The position numbers and the translations under genes were made by a program. Below, one piece after another: positions 51,201 to 62,509 of a stretch of DNA of 62,509 bases. Source of the DNA: Diploschistes diacapsis (lineage: Eukaryota). The stretch covers positions 1 through 62,509 of the forward strand of contig JALAIB010000003.1 of NCBI GenBank assembly GCA_023645945.1. Reading direction: 5' to 3'. A model generated the notes under the pieces. That model searched no databases and was not told where the DNA came from. It saw only the letters and a program-made list of their open reading frames with translations. The stretch's first letter is position 1. Every line of letters starts with the position of its first letter.

Positions 51201-52292
51201 TTTCCAGTTCTACGTAGAGGCAAAGATACGGTTTCCTCCTACATACAAGGTACATGTAACGTTGAACTGCCGTTTAGGGATCAAGGCTAAGCACTTCACC
51301 TAGTACCAAAACGGGAGCGATGACTACGATATATCTGAAAAAGCACGAATCCCTGCTTACTGCGATCGGGTTCTCTCAAAGGGCCATAATCTTAAACAAA
51401 ACAGTTATAACGTTGCGGCCTTGAGGTTTTCTGACCACCGCCCGGTTTATGCGACGTTCCAATGTACTGTAAAGGTCGAGGACGAAAAGAAGAGGGAATC
51501 TCTCAGCAAATCAATATATGATTCCAGATGTGCTGAAATCGGCCAAGCAATGGACCATGTTCAAGCCAGTGGACAAAAGGAATCACAAAGCATGGATTCA
51601 GAATTCGCTAGTCTCCCAGTAGCCAGCGCTGAACGGAAAAGGTGGTGGCTCAGCGAAGGTAGGGTTCTTTATACCGTTCCTTTATAAATTACTCAAATTA
51701 TATAGGCTTCGCAGCAAGGTCTAATGTTGCCGAGGAACATCGGGACTACGCTCCAAATCCTCAAAGACTGTCAAATCCCTTCTTGCCTTCTTCGGAGCCC
51801 GATTGGGTTCTGCTTTCCCAAGCTCCTAATCATCGAGCACAACATAGGGAACAGAAATATGTTGGGCTATCTCCGCCAACACAAAGCCCTAACGCGAAAG
51901 ATTGGTCATCAACCGGCTCCATTTCGTCGCCAACCGGACATATTCTACGAAAGCCTGCGCCCCCTGTTCCTGAAAAGCCCCTAATGCTCTCACGATTTGA
52001 TTCACCGGCAGACGCCGCTCAACTCAGCGAATTTAGCAATATCAACGCCCCATTTCCGGGGCCCCAAAGAATAGAGAAGCCGAACCGCGAGACGCACCCT
52101 GCGCTTCCCGCCCAGCCGTTGCAACCCAGCATATTATCCCAGGCACAAAGTTTGTCAGATATACCTCCAGAGCTTCCTCCCCGATCGAACGCTATCGATG
52201 GTAGCTCTCAACCCACACTTATCGACGCAGACGATGAGTATAGTGCGAGGCATATTCCTGCTCTTAAGCCTTCAAGAGCTAACAGGGATTGA
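48292..52292 (+). CDS. Synaptojanin-like polyphosphoinositide phosphatase (Sac1 plus inositol 5-phosphatase, Pro-rich tail; Inp52/Inp53-like)
   Basis: [24 protein letters not shown], Sac1 catalytic RTNCLDCLDRTN, GFQEIVEL, GNKG, WLGDFNYRI, PPTYK, PAYCDRV, SDHRPV; 8 introns. Confidence 0.92.
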
Positions 52293-52997
52293 TGCATACC
52301 ACGGAATTGTCATTGAGGAAGCGGCTTGTAATATTTGACACGAAGGCGTATCGCGCGCGTCCTTTGCCTATTCATGACGCCACCATTGTATGGTTTCTCG
52401 AAGGTCTCTTGGCTTCAACGGTGGGGGTACTATTTTCGATCAAATAAATATGGGATCCTTTCATGATCTGCTTAAGCAAATTGAAGACCAGAGCAACGGA
52501 GTGTCAAATTTCTGTTTTCCTTATCAAGATCTCGTGTTGGACGCATCGACGTCCTTGCCTGCAATTAACCCCCCTTCTACGCCCGCCTTCTTCAGTTAGA
52601 AACAACCTGCTCTAAAAGCATAGGGAAGCCGATCGAATCGGCAGCCAATAGTTTCTGACCGTGCGAACGACGCGGGCGTTCCGAATGCTGTAGGCTCGCG
52701 CCGCCGACCTTTTCCACTTTGTTGGAACGCTCCCCCCTCGAGGGTCGCCGTTTCTGTTGCATGGTTGGGCCCAAGAACCATACGAGTAGCCCCTCTCCAG
52801 GTAACAGAAAAAACACACGATGAGCCGCGGCGGCAGCTTTGTTGATCAGTGCTAGTTGGCCTGCTCGCCCCCGCGACCGTAGATGGATCTCCCTTCGCCA
52901 GGAAGAGTGCGCAGAGGGACGACCATGGAGGAGCCCAAATCGACGCGGAGAAGCGCCGAGGCCCTGGAGACCCCCTATGGGGCGGAGTTGAAGAAGG

Positions 52998-53019
52998 TCG
53001 ATCGATCGATCGATCGATC
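52998..53019. repeat. (TCGA/GATC)n palindromic tetranucleotide repeat
   Basis: tcgatcgatcgatcgatcgatc. Confidence 0.85.
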
Positions 53020-53527
53020 AGATGGGGCTCGAGTCGGGACGGGACTGGCAGCTTCTGAACTAATTCAGCGCGTTCTTCAATTCCGGGAACGAGCCGCAAA
53101 CTGAGAAGACAAGCAAGGCTCCGTTGGTTTTCCATGCCTCTGCCGCCCTGGGTGCTAAACCTGCGGACCTCAGGAGTTGCTCTTCAATGCGGGCGGTGCC
53201 TACCAATCATTCCCCGCAAGAGTGGGAACGTACTAGAGTTGGACCCAACCTGGCGTCGCAAGTTGAGAGATCTGCATCGGGTTGTGAAAGCTCATGTGAG
53301 GATAGTATGATCGAACCAGGCCATCGTGGAACATAAAATCTACCCTACTTTCGACACACACGGGTCTTGATCCAGGGTATGATACGACGGGGGGGCTGGT
53401 CGCAAGCATCGCGGTACAGAAGCGGTCCGTACGAGTGATGTTTGAGAGTCTACGTCAATGTATTGGGGGGGGTCCGCATCGAGGGCCGTTATGCGCCCAT
53501 GCTCTGATCCTAGGCGATCCAGGATGC

Positions 53528-53587
53528 AGGAATCGAGGAATCGAGGAATCGAGGAATCGAGGAATCGAGGAATCGAGGAATCGAGGA
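53528..53587. repeat. (AGGAATCG)x7.5 perfect octamer tandem repeat
   Basis: Seven perfect 8-bp units plus a partial unit, seen directly. Confidence 0.95.
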
Positions 53588-54398
53588 CCGTCATTTGCAG
53601 CCTGTAATGTATGGGGTTATGCGCCTCATCTAGAGGTGGATGCTCGTGCAGCGGTGATTCATGGAGAGGGAATGCGCAAGTTTTACTACTTAGTGTTCGG
53701 TTTGAATCGCGCGACAAAGCCGGAAGTTCGTTGGCAGGTTTCCCACCTCATATCCTTTTCGTAATAGGGCAAGGCTCACTGTAACCAAGTAAAACAATGT
53801 TCGAGTTCAATACCGCAGCATTTGGAGTGGGTGATGCCGCCCGCAAAGTCGTCGACAAGTCGTTGAGGAACAATTTTGAATCTAACGTTACTAAGTCTCA
53901 TCTAGAAGTAATGCAATGCTTCCTCTTCGCCACACGCCTCGCTGCATATCACTCTTTAAGCTACGGGTCCGATGGTGCCGATGCGTCCAGACTCGACGCC
54001 GTTTGATCATGCCAATGCTAGAGGACCCAATGTACTGTTTGGGGTATAAAAGATCTACACCTTCAAAAATGCATTCAGCACAGCAACTGGAAGAAAATGC
54101 TCCAACCCGACCAAGATGAAGATGAAGCGATCTCGTCAGAGACAAATGGCGCCATATGTAGAAGTAAAATTGTTCGCTTTTGTTGAGTCGATGCAACCCT
54201 GGTGAGATCACATCTTCTTCGTTGGCTTCGTTGGTTTTGGCCGTTGTCGCGCACCGAAAAAAAAGCCTGTCGTTCGCTTGGCAGGCTTTTTCCCTGTCGC
54301 GCCTGTCCGAAATAAGTCAGCGCGTAAAAAGATAACTTCTCAGCACAACTTGAAACCGGTAGGGCCGAGCTTTGAAACCAAAGCACAGTGGAGGAAAT

Positions 54399-56260
54399 TC
54401 AGTAGGCTGCAGGGGTCGAGGTTAAGGAAACGCCCCTGCCTTGGCTGGTGATACAATACGATGATGATAGAGATAGCGATTTAGGCAACTGAAAGCGCAA
54501 GAGCGTACGTACCTTTCTTCTTATCGTCTGGAGGAACCTCTGGGGCAACCTCAGGAACCTCAACAACAGGGGCCTCTTCCACTTGAGGTTCTGGCATGGG
54601 CCACATATGCATTGTGATATTCCAGTCGGGTTCGACTACAGTTTCCCACACTGCTGGTAGAATTATTTCGCTGTTGGGTCCAATCAAGTCATAGTGGCCT
54701 TCTGCGACATGTGGTCCAATCACATCCACATGGAGGAAGGCCTGGCGAATTAGATCCTCCATGCCCTGTATCACAACAGTGAGCGCAGGAAATCTGAATG
54801 GATGGAGTGCGGACAAACCTCCCAAGTGCGGCACAGATGAAAGGGAAAACTGAATTTCCTACCCACCGCATCCTTGAACTTGATAGGCTTCTTCTTTTCC
54901 TCCGGGGCGGCAGGAGCAGCGGCTGCCGCCGCTGCAGCGACTGCGGCCTCCTTTTCCTCTTTGAACTTAGCCACAGCCTCGTCAGCCTCAGCCTTGGCTT
55001 TGTTGGCGGCTTCCTCTGCTTCCGCCCTTAGCTTCGCCTGTTCGTCGGCCGCCTTCTTTTCCGCCTCTGTCGTCGCTGCCGCCGCGGCTGCCTCGGCTGC
55101 TTTCGCAATTTCTTCGGCCTTGGCTTTTGCAGCTTCGAGGGCAGCGAGTTTTTCTTCTTCGGCCTTTTTGGCCGCAGCCTCTCTAGCTTCGCGTTCGGCT
55201 TTCTCATCTAGAAGCATTTGTTTCAACTCTGCATAGCTATCATCCTTAGAGGTGTCTGGTTGAGCAGCAGGAGGGGTCGGGTTTGCTGGCGCGGGTGCTG
55301 GTGCTGGTGGTTGTTGTTGCTGCTGTGGTGGCGGTGGTGTGTATACAGGTTGATAATGTTGGTAAATGGGAGACGGCGATGCCATCGTGTGCGCAACTTG
55401 GTAGGGCTGCAGGGGATACTGATAGTATGCTGCAACATTCGCGGGATGCATCATCTCAGAATGCCCATACGGACCGGCACTTGGGGGTGGCACGGGCGCT
55501 CCGACTGGACCAGGTATGGAGGGATGCGCATGGCTAAAGTAGCCGTGAACGTTGGCATGTGGGTGCTGTTGGTAAGATGAATAAGGGTACTGGGACGACT
55601 GGTTTGGGAGTGTCATTAGCTGCTGTCCTGCCGCAATGCCGCCAGCTGGCGGATACTGGCCGTATGCCTGGCCAGGATACCCTGATGCATATTGATGGCT
55701 TTGACCTCCCCCCGTGGCAGCCCAATGCTGATATGGACGTCTTTGCCGGCTTGGGAGGTCAGGCCCATACGCGGCCAAAAGGTCGTCGTTGGATTCCACA
55801 CTTTCCGGCGACGATGGCTGAGGCCGTCTCGGCCGCGAGGGACGATGAGCTAGTCGGCCGTGGGAAGCTTGCCGACCTACGGGGCGGCGAAGCGAGGTTT
55901 CGGTGATACGGTGCTGGTCTGATATGCTGGGTCGAGATGCCGACTCAGAGGGGCCGTCGTCAACTTTGCTTAATTGCGTCCAGGACTCCTCATAGTCATC
56001 AGCCGAATCCGTAAACTCGTGATCTGAAGACTCCTGACTTCCTATACCCTCTGTCGGAGATAGATGAACGCCAGTGCCACAGGAATCCTCTTCGTCTGTG
56101 AGCGATGCGGAGTGATCTGAGCTTTGGGCGGTAGTTGCCCGACTTGGGGGCAAAGTCAATGTGATATCACTAGGTGAAAAGTATAGTTTAGTACACAGCA
56201 ACTCACAGGAAGAGGGTTAGGTAGAAATAATAGACAATGCCGTACGTACGCGCTACTCAT
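54399..56260 (-). CDS. Conserved fungal protein: Pro/Gln/Tyr-rich region, Ala/Glu/Lys coiled coil and C-terminal ubiquitin-like domain
   Basis: MSSA|DITLTLPP..; KKKPIKFKDAVGRKFSFPFHLCRTWE|GMEDLIRQAFLHVDVIGPHVAEGHYDL..WETVVEPDWNITMHMWP. The last exon is uncertain because two acceptors are possible. Confidence 0.7.
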
Positions 56261-57017
56261 GGGACTATAACTTCATCCAAGGGATTATCCAGCTCAAAGT
56301 CTTGCTCGCACGAGTAGACCGAGCATAGATAGCCTCGTTCGCTGGACTTTCAGTCAAACTCGCTACCCAGGAGACTATGGTGGAGGTTTTGAATGCTTTT
56401 CTCGACCAGTGGTGGCGGATCGCGTTTGAACAGTTTTGGATATTTTGCGGTTTTTTTTCGGTTAAGCAGTGATCCTCTGCCGGGTATTGTGATGATCAAT
56501 AGGAGATGTATTTAAAGATCCTGTGCAATAGCACAACTTGTTAGCAATATTTCACTCCTTCCCATTGGCAAGGGCTCGAGGGGCTGATAGCACAATGCAA
56601 ATAACATAGAGCTTACTACTGTATGAGGGAAAAACGAATCGCTATTTTGATTTGATTGCGGCCACCACTATGGTGACGATGTGAAGCCAGATACGAGCAA
56701 GAGTCACTGGTATATAGAGTAGTCGGTGTTCAGGGTTTTCCGAGCAGAAATCGAATGCTGCCAGTTTGTAGATACTTTACCTCCAGGTTTTGGAGGGGCA
56801 ATTGAAAGGCGCAAAGGAGGACAGGGATGGATGGGTATTACTTGTGGAGCCACGTCCTCTCAGCGATGCCCAATATTCCAAAGTTACTATTGTCAAACCT
56901 AATCTGCCAACTGCATGCCTGTGTACAATTCTATATGTGCGCTTTAGGGGATAGATACGTGCCAAACTTTCGTTCCAGCCTGACTGGTCTATCCTTGATA
57001 TTGTTGTTTCATGGCTG

Positions 57018-58130
57018 TCACGCCGTTTTCTTCAAGACGTGCCTTGCTGCAACAACGTCTTCCTGACCACAGTCGTCCTCATACTTCGCTAGAATTTTTA
57101 CCAACTTGGTGCATGCTTTAGTGTTGAGACCTGTGACGGTGTCTCGTGAAACTCCCGAGATTTCTTCCAATGCCCTCACATCGTTCGAGAATTTGACGAT
57201 GAGCTTACTCGATGCCTGCAATCACGCGACTTAGAAGATAGAGCTTAATTCGTAAGATAGGATAATGAACTACCATTCTTACGCCGCACCAGCCGCGTAT
57301 GTATCCGTCGCAAAGCTCAACACTTCGGGAGAACCGCCGCAATGCCTGTACGAGCATTCTGTCACTGTCGAGGTTACCATCAGGTATCCTGAGGGAAGAT
57401 GAGATATAATGGATTTCTCCCAGACGTGCATGCAGCTGTGGCCCGAAAAACTGTCAGAATTTGCGGCAAGGCTAGCAAGACAATCTGGTGAAGACACTGA
57501 CGTTCCATGCGTTTGGCGCAATCAACAGACTCTCTTCCAGGCAAAACACAGCCTGAGGATACAGCGACATTTTGAAGTACAGCTCGGATAATTCGGCCCA
57601 TGCCTCGATATCCGTGGGCGAGAGATTGATTATTTCGTTGAGAACCTTTATTGCTTCCTCATAACGGCCCAAGTGAGTGAGAAGCGCGGTTTGCCTCTTA
57701 GCAATTGCCTAATTCAGGTCAGCGTGATCCGCAACGAATGGGCAGGGCTTCTTCTCAGCAGGCCTACTCCGTTCGTGGGTCTTTGAGACAATGTATTCCT
57801 ATAATTCTGCAGGATTGTCTCCAAATCTCGACTATCCTCAGCCACCGCCTCGTCATACATACCTTTGAGACCCATCACCCGCTCGTTGGAGGAGTCAAAA
57901 CGGCCGGCAAGCCGTTCCAGACACATATTGGCAGATTTATCATCTCCACATTGTAGACAGGATACAAGCAACTGCTCATAAACATACCAAAGTTCCGAGG
58001 TTTCTGGCGGAGTGAGCAAGGACAGAGGAGAGAGCGGCAGCGATGTCGAATTGTGATTTAAAAACTGTGGCGTCATTTGCGCATGTTCTATGGCTTCGGA
58101 GTGTGAGTGGCAGTTTGAAGTTGCTAACAT
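57018..58130 (-). CDS. EMC2: ER membrane protein complex subunit 2 (TPR protein, Emc2/Oca3-like)
   Basis: ELWYVYEQLLVSCLQCGDD..CLERL..RF..NERVMGLKGMY, SPTDIEAWAELSELY..QAVFCLEE..PNAWN, SVELCDGYVRGWCGV-type motif; 2 introns. Confidence 0.8.
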
Positions 58131-58748
58131 GGTTGATAAAGTTCAACTTCATAGATGAGAATTATGGTCTTGATCGTTTATTGTGACTAGACAGCAAGGT
58201 AGGACATTCTTGAGATCAGCAGCGCTACTTTGTATTTTCAAAATCTAGTCTATATAAGGCTGAAGGATAGATGTGTAGTTACATTAAATTAGATTCTATA
58301 ACTTATCATTATTTTAACAGTATATAAAGTCTTAATTTTCATGCGTGGTGTGATTAACGGACTTGTTAGGACTTATACCATCAATTATGCCCATCGCCCG
58401 TGGCTAAACAGGTCACAAAGTCGTTCATACATACACCCCAAGACACCATACTTACTGATAGGTAACTAGCTCCATCGCATAATGTTTTGGTCATCAGCTG
58501 GAAAAGCATAGATAGCTATAATGATGCAGTTTGGCACCGGAAGACCCAAACACTTATAAATAATAAATCATGTAATGACTTATGAAGGTTTTCGCTGAGA
58601 TAGAAACTTCATTTCCTCTACCCAATTTGAGCAGAGATCGTGCCATGGGTACCAGGTAGTTGAAAGAACCGCTTAGTCCTTGAGGCTGTAGCCGTCATCG
58701 CATCTCTTCATCTCTTCGAGGAACTCGGCCAATTTTACCTTGCACGAA

Positions 58749-61700
58749 ATGCACGTCTAACTATGGACCTGATAAAACCCGGATGCTGACTGAAGTTAGG
58801 TTCGAGAAATCACTCTACGATCTCATAAGAGGTCTTCGTAATCATAAAGGAAGCGAACGAGAATATATACAGAATAGCATCCGAGAATGCCGTGTCGAGA
58901 TTCGAGGGCCAGATATGGGTGAGTGAGTGTCTTTTTGCCCAGTCCGAGTAGAATGACTAAGGAATAAAGACGTCAAAGCCACGGCGTTATTGAAACTGGT
59001 GTATCTGGAAATGTTTGGCCATGATATGTCTTGGGCTTCCTTTCACGTTCTCGAAGTTATGTCTTCGACCAAATATCCGCAAAAGCGTGTCGGATATCTG
59101 GGCGCAGTTCAGAGCTTCAGGCCGGATACTGAAGTGCTGATGCTGGCCACTAACATGCTAAAGAAGGTAAGATTCTCCTAATAATTTGATCATGTGCACA
59201 CTGGATGTTCTAGGACATCACGTCAATCTCAGTTCCTACTATCTCCCTGCCTTTAATTACGCTTCCACATGTTGTCACCACCTCCCTAGCCATATCTCTG
59301 ATGGCAGATTTGCTGCCTCGCCTCAACCATTCCAGCCCAAACATCCGTAAGAAAACGGTGGTCACATTATATCGCCTGGCCCTATCATACCCCAAGGTCT
59401 TGCGGCCGTCTTGGCCGAAGATCAATGATATGCTCATGGACGACCAAGAGGACCCCAGTGTAACTGCCGCTATTATAAATGTGACGTGCGAGCTGGGATG
59501 GCGAAGGCCACGGGACTTCTTACCACTGGCTCCACGCCTGTTTGAGCTTTTGGTGGATAGACAGAATAATTGGATGGCTATCAAAATCATTAAATTGGTT
59601 TGTCGCACCAAAGGACTCCCGAAAGGCTCTGACGCTTGCAACAGTTTGCGACATTGACCCCGCTGGAGCCTCGTCTGATCAAGAAGCTGTTGCGGCCTTT
59701 GACCACCCTGATAAGGACTACCCCAGCCATGTCATTACTCTATGAGTGCATATCTGGTATCATACAAGGTGGCATCCTGAGTGATCCCGAGCCGTCATAC
59801 GAAGGCGATGAGGTAGCGGAATTGTGCGTGTCAAAATTACGGGGCATGATCATGGTGGAAGGTGATCCGAATTGTACGAGTTTACCCACCATCTTAGTCC
59901 AAAATGAGCTAACACGGGAAGTAAAATATGTTGCGCTACTTGCGTTCAAGAAGATTGTTGTGTCCCACCCAACGTTGGTAGCCCTACATCAGGATGCGAT
60001 CCTAGACTGCATCGATGATGCGGATATCTCAGTCCGACTTCTGGCACTGCAGCTCAGTTCGAGAATGATCAACTCCGAAAATCTTAGAGCCTTTGTTGAC
60101 CGGCTAATGGAGCAGCTGAAGGACGCAGCCACCATGATGTATCCGCCGCTGGGAGAGAGACAGCTGAAATCAGATCTGGTGGGATCCTCCGCCGACCCTA
60201 ATAATGAGACTGTTGTTGGCCTTACTTTAGAGGAAAGCAATGAGCCGAGGCTGTTCAAGGCACTCTCAAACGAGTATTGTGCTACGGCCGTTCAACAGAT
60301 TCTAAACATGTGTTGCCGTGACGGGTATGCTAATGTGTTGGACTTCAAGTGGTACGTGACTGTCCTGATGGAATTAGTCCATGTTTTACCTCTAAATATA
60401 TCCGATATTTCTCCCTTTTACGACCCTTTTGATGCAGGCAACGATGATATCACTGGCATCGCCGTCGCGGTCGGAAAAGAACTCCAAAGCATAGCAGTAC
60501 GAGTTGCCTCTGCAAGAAGCTACACTGTCGAAGCCCTAAGCACGTTAATGGACCCGCGCCAAAGGCCAAACAATGGTTCTTGTTCACTCTTCATCTGTGC
60601 ATTGGAGTTTGCAGCGTGGACTGTAGGAGAATACGCATGTGATCTTCGAGATCCTCGACACACACTTGATCTGTTAATGTTGCCACTTGCCCCAAATGTA
60701 TGTGCTCGAGTCCTCTGCGCGTACCTACTTGCAGTACCGAAAGTACTGGCTGTCGTTCTATCAACAGACAACAGTGAATGGGACACAGAGACTCAAGCAA
60801 AAACACTATTGGTTCTTACGAAGGTCGTGAATTTCATGGGGTCTTTCGTCGACAGCCCAGATATAGAGGTTCAAGAACGGTCTGTAAGTTTTCTCGAACT
60901 CCTGAGGGTTTGCAGTCAGGCCACAGAAACCCATCCTGTATGGGAAAGAACACACGGCCCCTTGATTCTGAGCAAGGCGCTTCCATCTCTGTTCGGGCCC
61001 CAGGAACTAAAGCCGATGGCTGCAATAGCACAGAAGAGAGTTCCAGTACCGCAACAGCTACAGCTCATGGTGCCAATAAATCGCAACCTCGAAGACCTGC
61101 TTCAAAAACCCAATGTTGATGGAACAACAGATCCAGAGACGACAGCAGTGCAACATCACTACTATACCAAGGCCAATGACACCAGCAGAGAAACGTCAGT
61201 TAACACAATACTTGGATCTAGCCACGCATCTTCGTATCAGGAAACTAACGCACCAGTTTTGCATTCGAGCGAGGCCTGGGTAGAAGAGCACAAGCCTTTT
61301 GGGAAAAACCAATACGAACCATTTTACATCCATCACGATAGCCGCCTATTCCTGCAACCCTCCTCTCACGTGCATGATATTCTTCAACACGACCCTAAGG
61401 TGAACAAGGATGAAATCGAGTCTATACCTATTTTGCAGCTTGATGTCGGAGCTAAAGATTCATTTACTGTCCCCCATGATGATGGCTCTCAGTCGACAGC
61501 TCGCGAAGTTCCCAGCCGGGTCCATGTTGCAGCCGAAGAGACTTTCAATGATAGCAGTGAGGATTTCCCAGACAGGTCCAGCAATCAACCCTGGTATAAA
61601 CAGGATGGAAATCTCAAGGGTCGCTCAAACAGTCACAAGCCGCTACTTCAAGTGGATTCGAGCGGCCTCGAAACTTTCACACTTTTTCCGAGAAATGGGC

Positions 61701-62056
61701 CTGCAACTGCCCGAATTCGACCAGAGATGGAGAATGGGGAGGAGGACGAGTTATCCCGAGCACTGGCTCAGATTGAGAAGAAGCGTTTGGAAATGCAACG
61801 TGCCTCGGACAGGGTTCAGGTAGCTCATAGCATCCCGACAGAAGGCGCCCTAGTTACAAAGAAGCAAAGGCGCAAAAAAGAGCGGGAAGTGACAGAACAC
61901 CTCCATCCAGAGCGTCCGCGGCATGCTTCTACTTCTGTAAAAGCTGGCAATGGTGCGGGATCGGCTGCGAAACCCAAGAAACGGCGGAGGAAGCCTCGAG
62001 GTGAAAATGCAGCGGGAGTGGGGAGAGATGAGAACATCAGTACAGCAATACGATAG
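58749..62056 (+). CDS. APL5: AP-3 adaptor complex delta subunit
   Basis: (M)FEKSLYDLIRGLRNHKG, DMSWASFHVLEVMSS, KRVGYL, NNWMAIKIIKLF, EPRLIKKL, DPNLKYVAL, DIEVQERS. Five introns, the first splitting the ATG. Confidence 0.93.
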
Positions 62057-62509
62057 AATTACTGGCTTTCCGTCACCTTTCCATGAATTGTGCGAGTAAT
62101 ATAGTATTTAGAGGTACGTTTCCACAGCCTGAACTAATATATTTTAAGAGGATTTGGTTGCGATTGTATCAATCATTGATGGAGATTAGTTTAACAGATC
62201 TCCTACATTACGGAGATAAGTATAGATTTAACGTATATGCATAGCGAGCGGACACTCATAGCGAACGGATATCCCCTATTCGATTTTATAAACTTTCAAC
62301 TTTTGTATCAATTTTCTACACGTACGATTAATTTAATCTAATATAATTTTTAGCCGCGACGGAACAACATACGCGATATAATTAATTTAATACGCGTAGC
62401 TCGAAATACGCGGCCGGTCGGACCACGATAAGCACAAAATTTCGAACGAAGGCAAAAAATGCTTAAAATGCGATTTTAATATAGAATCGATTATTAAAGA
62501 GTATTAATA

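Noticed and set aside
53528..53587. Tandem repeat considered as a CRISPR-like array, or as coding (ORFs 53340-53717 and 53435-53764)
   Set aside because: No spacers and a eukaryotic context; those ORFs are simply translations of the microsatellite.
54388..54407. GTGGAGGAAATTCAGT resembling the RNase P RNA CR-I motif
   Set aside because: No matching CR-V partner was found, and it overlaps the 3' end of a protein gene on the opposite strand.
56170..56206. Possible nested (stwintron) intron starting at GTGAGT
   Set aside because: The inner unit would be only about 37 nt, and its removal does not rebuild an outer splice site.

Overview
Eukaryotic DNA from a filamentous ascomycete (Pezizomycotina, Eurotiomycete-like). 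The evidence is short spliceosomal introns with CTRAC/CTAAC branch points and about 50% GC coding regions interrupted by AT-rich islands. The window is gene-dense, with about 20 mostly housekeeping genes: ILM1 (partial), CDC43, MDM20, a Fe(II)/2OG-oxygenase-like protein, a RING E3, RRP9, PRE1, RPT4, a GH47 mannosidase-like protein, SAD1, enolase, eIF3j, a Ser/Thr kinase, a peroxisomal thioesterase, a head-to-head RAD7/RAD16 pair, a BAR-PH-ArfGAP, a C2 protein, a synaptojanin, a ubiquitin-like-domain protein, EMC2 and AP-3 delta. Five observations stand out. (1) The GH47 gene is intact, but most of its catalytic and Ca-binding acidic residues are replaced, making it a candidate pseudoenzyme. 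(2) In three genes (PRE1, RAD7, APL5) the ATG appears split AT|G by an intron, two of them with GC donors, so the unspliced RNA reads only a short dead-end ORF. (3) A 239-bp MITE-like element sits directly against the enolase core promoter. (4) The GGTase-I beta subunit ends in its own CaaX-like motif. (5) There are RIP-like decayed AT-rich islands. Gene identities and exon boundaries come from manual reading and recalled motifs, not database searches.
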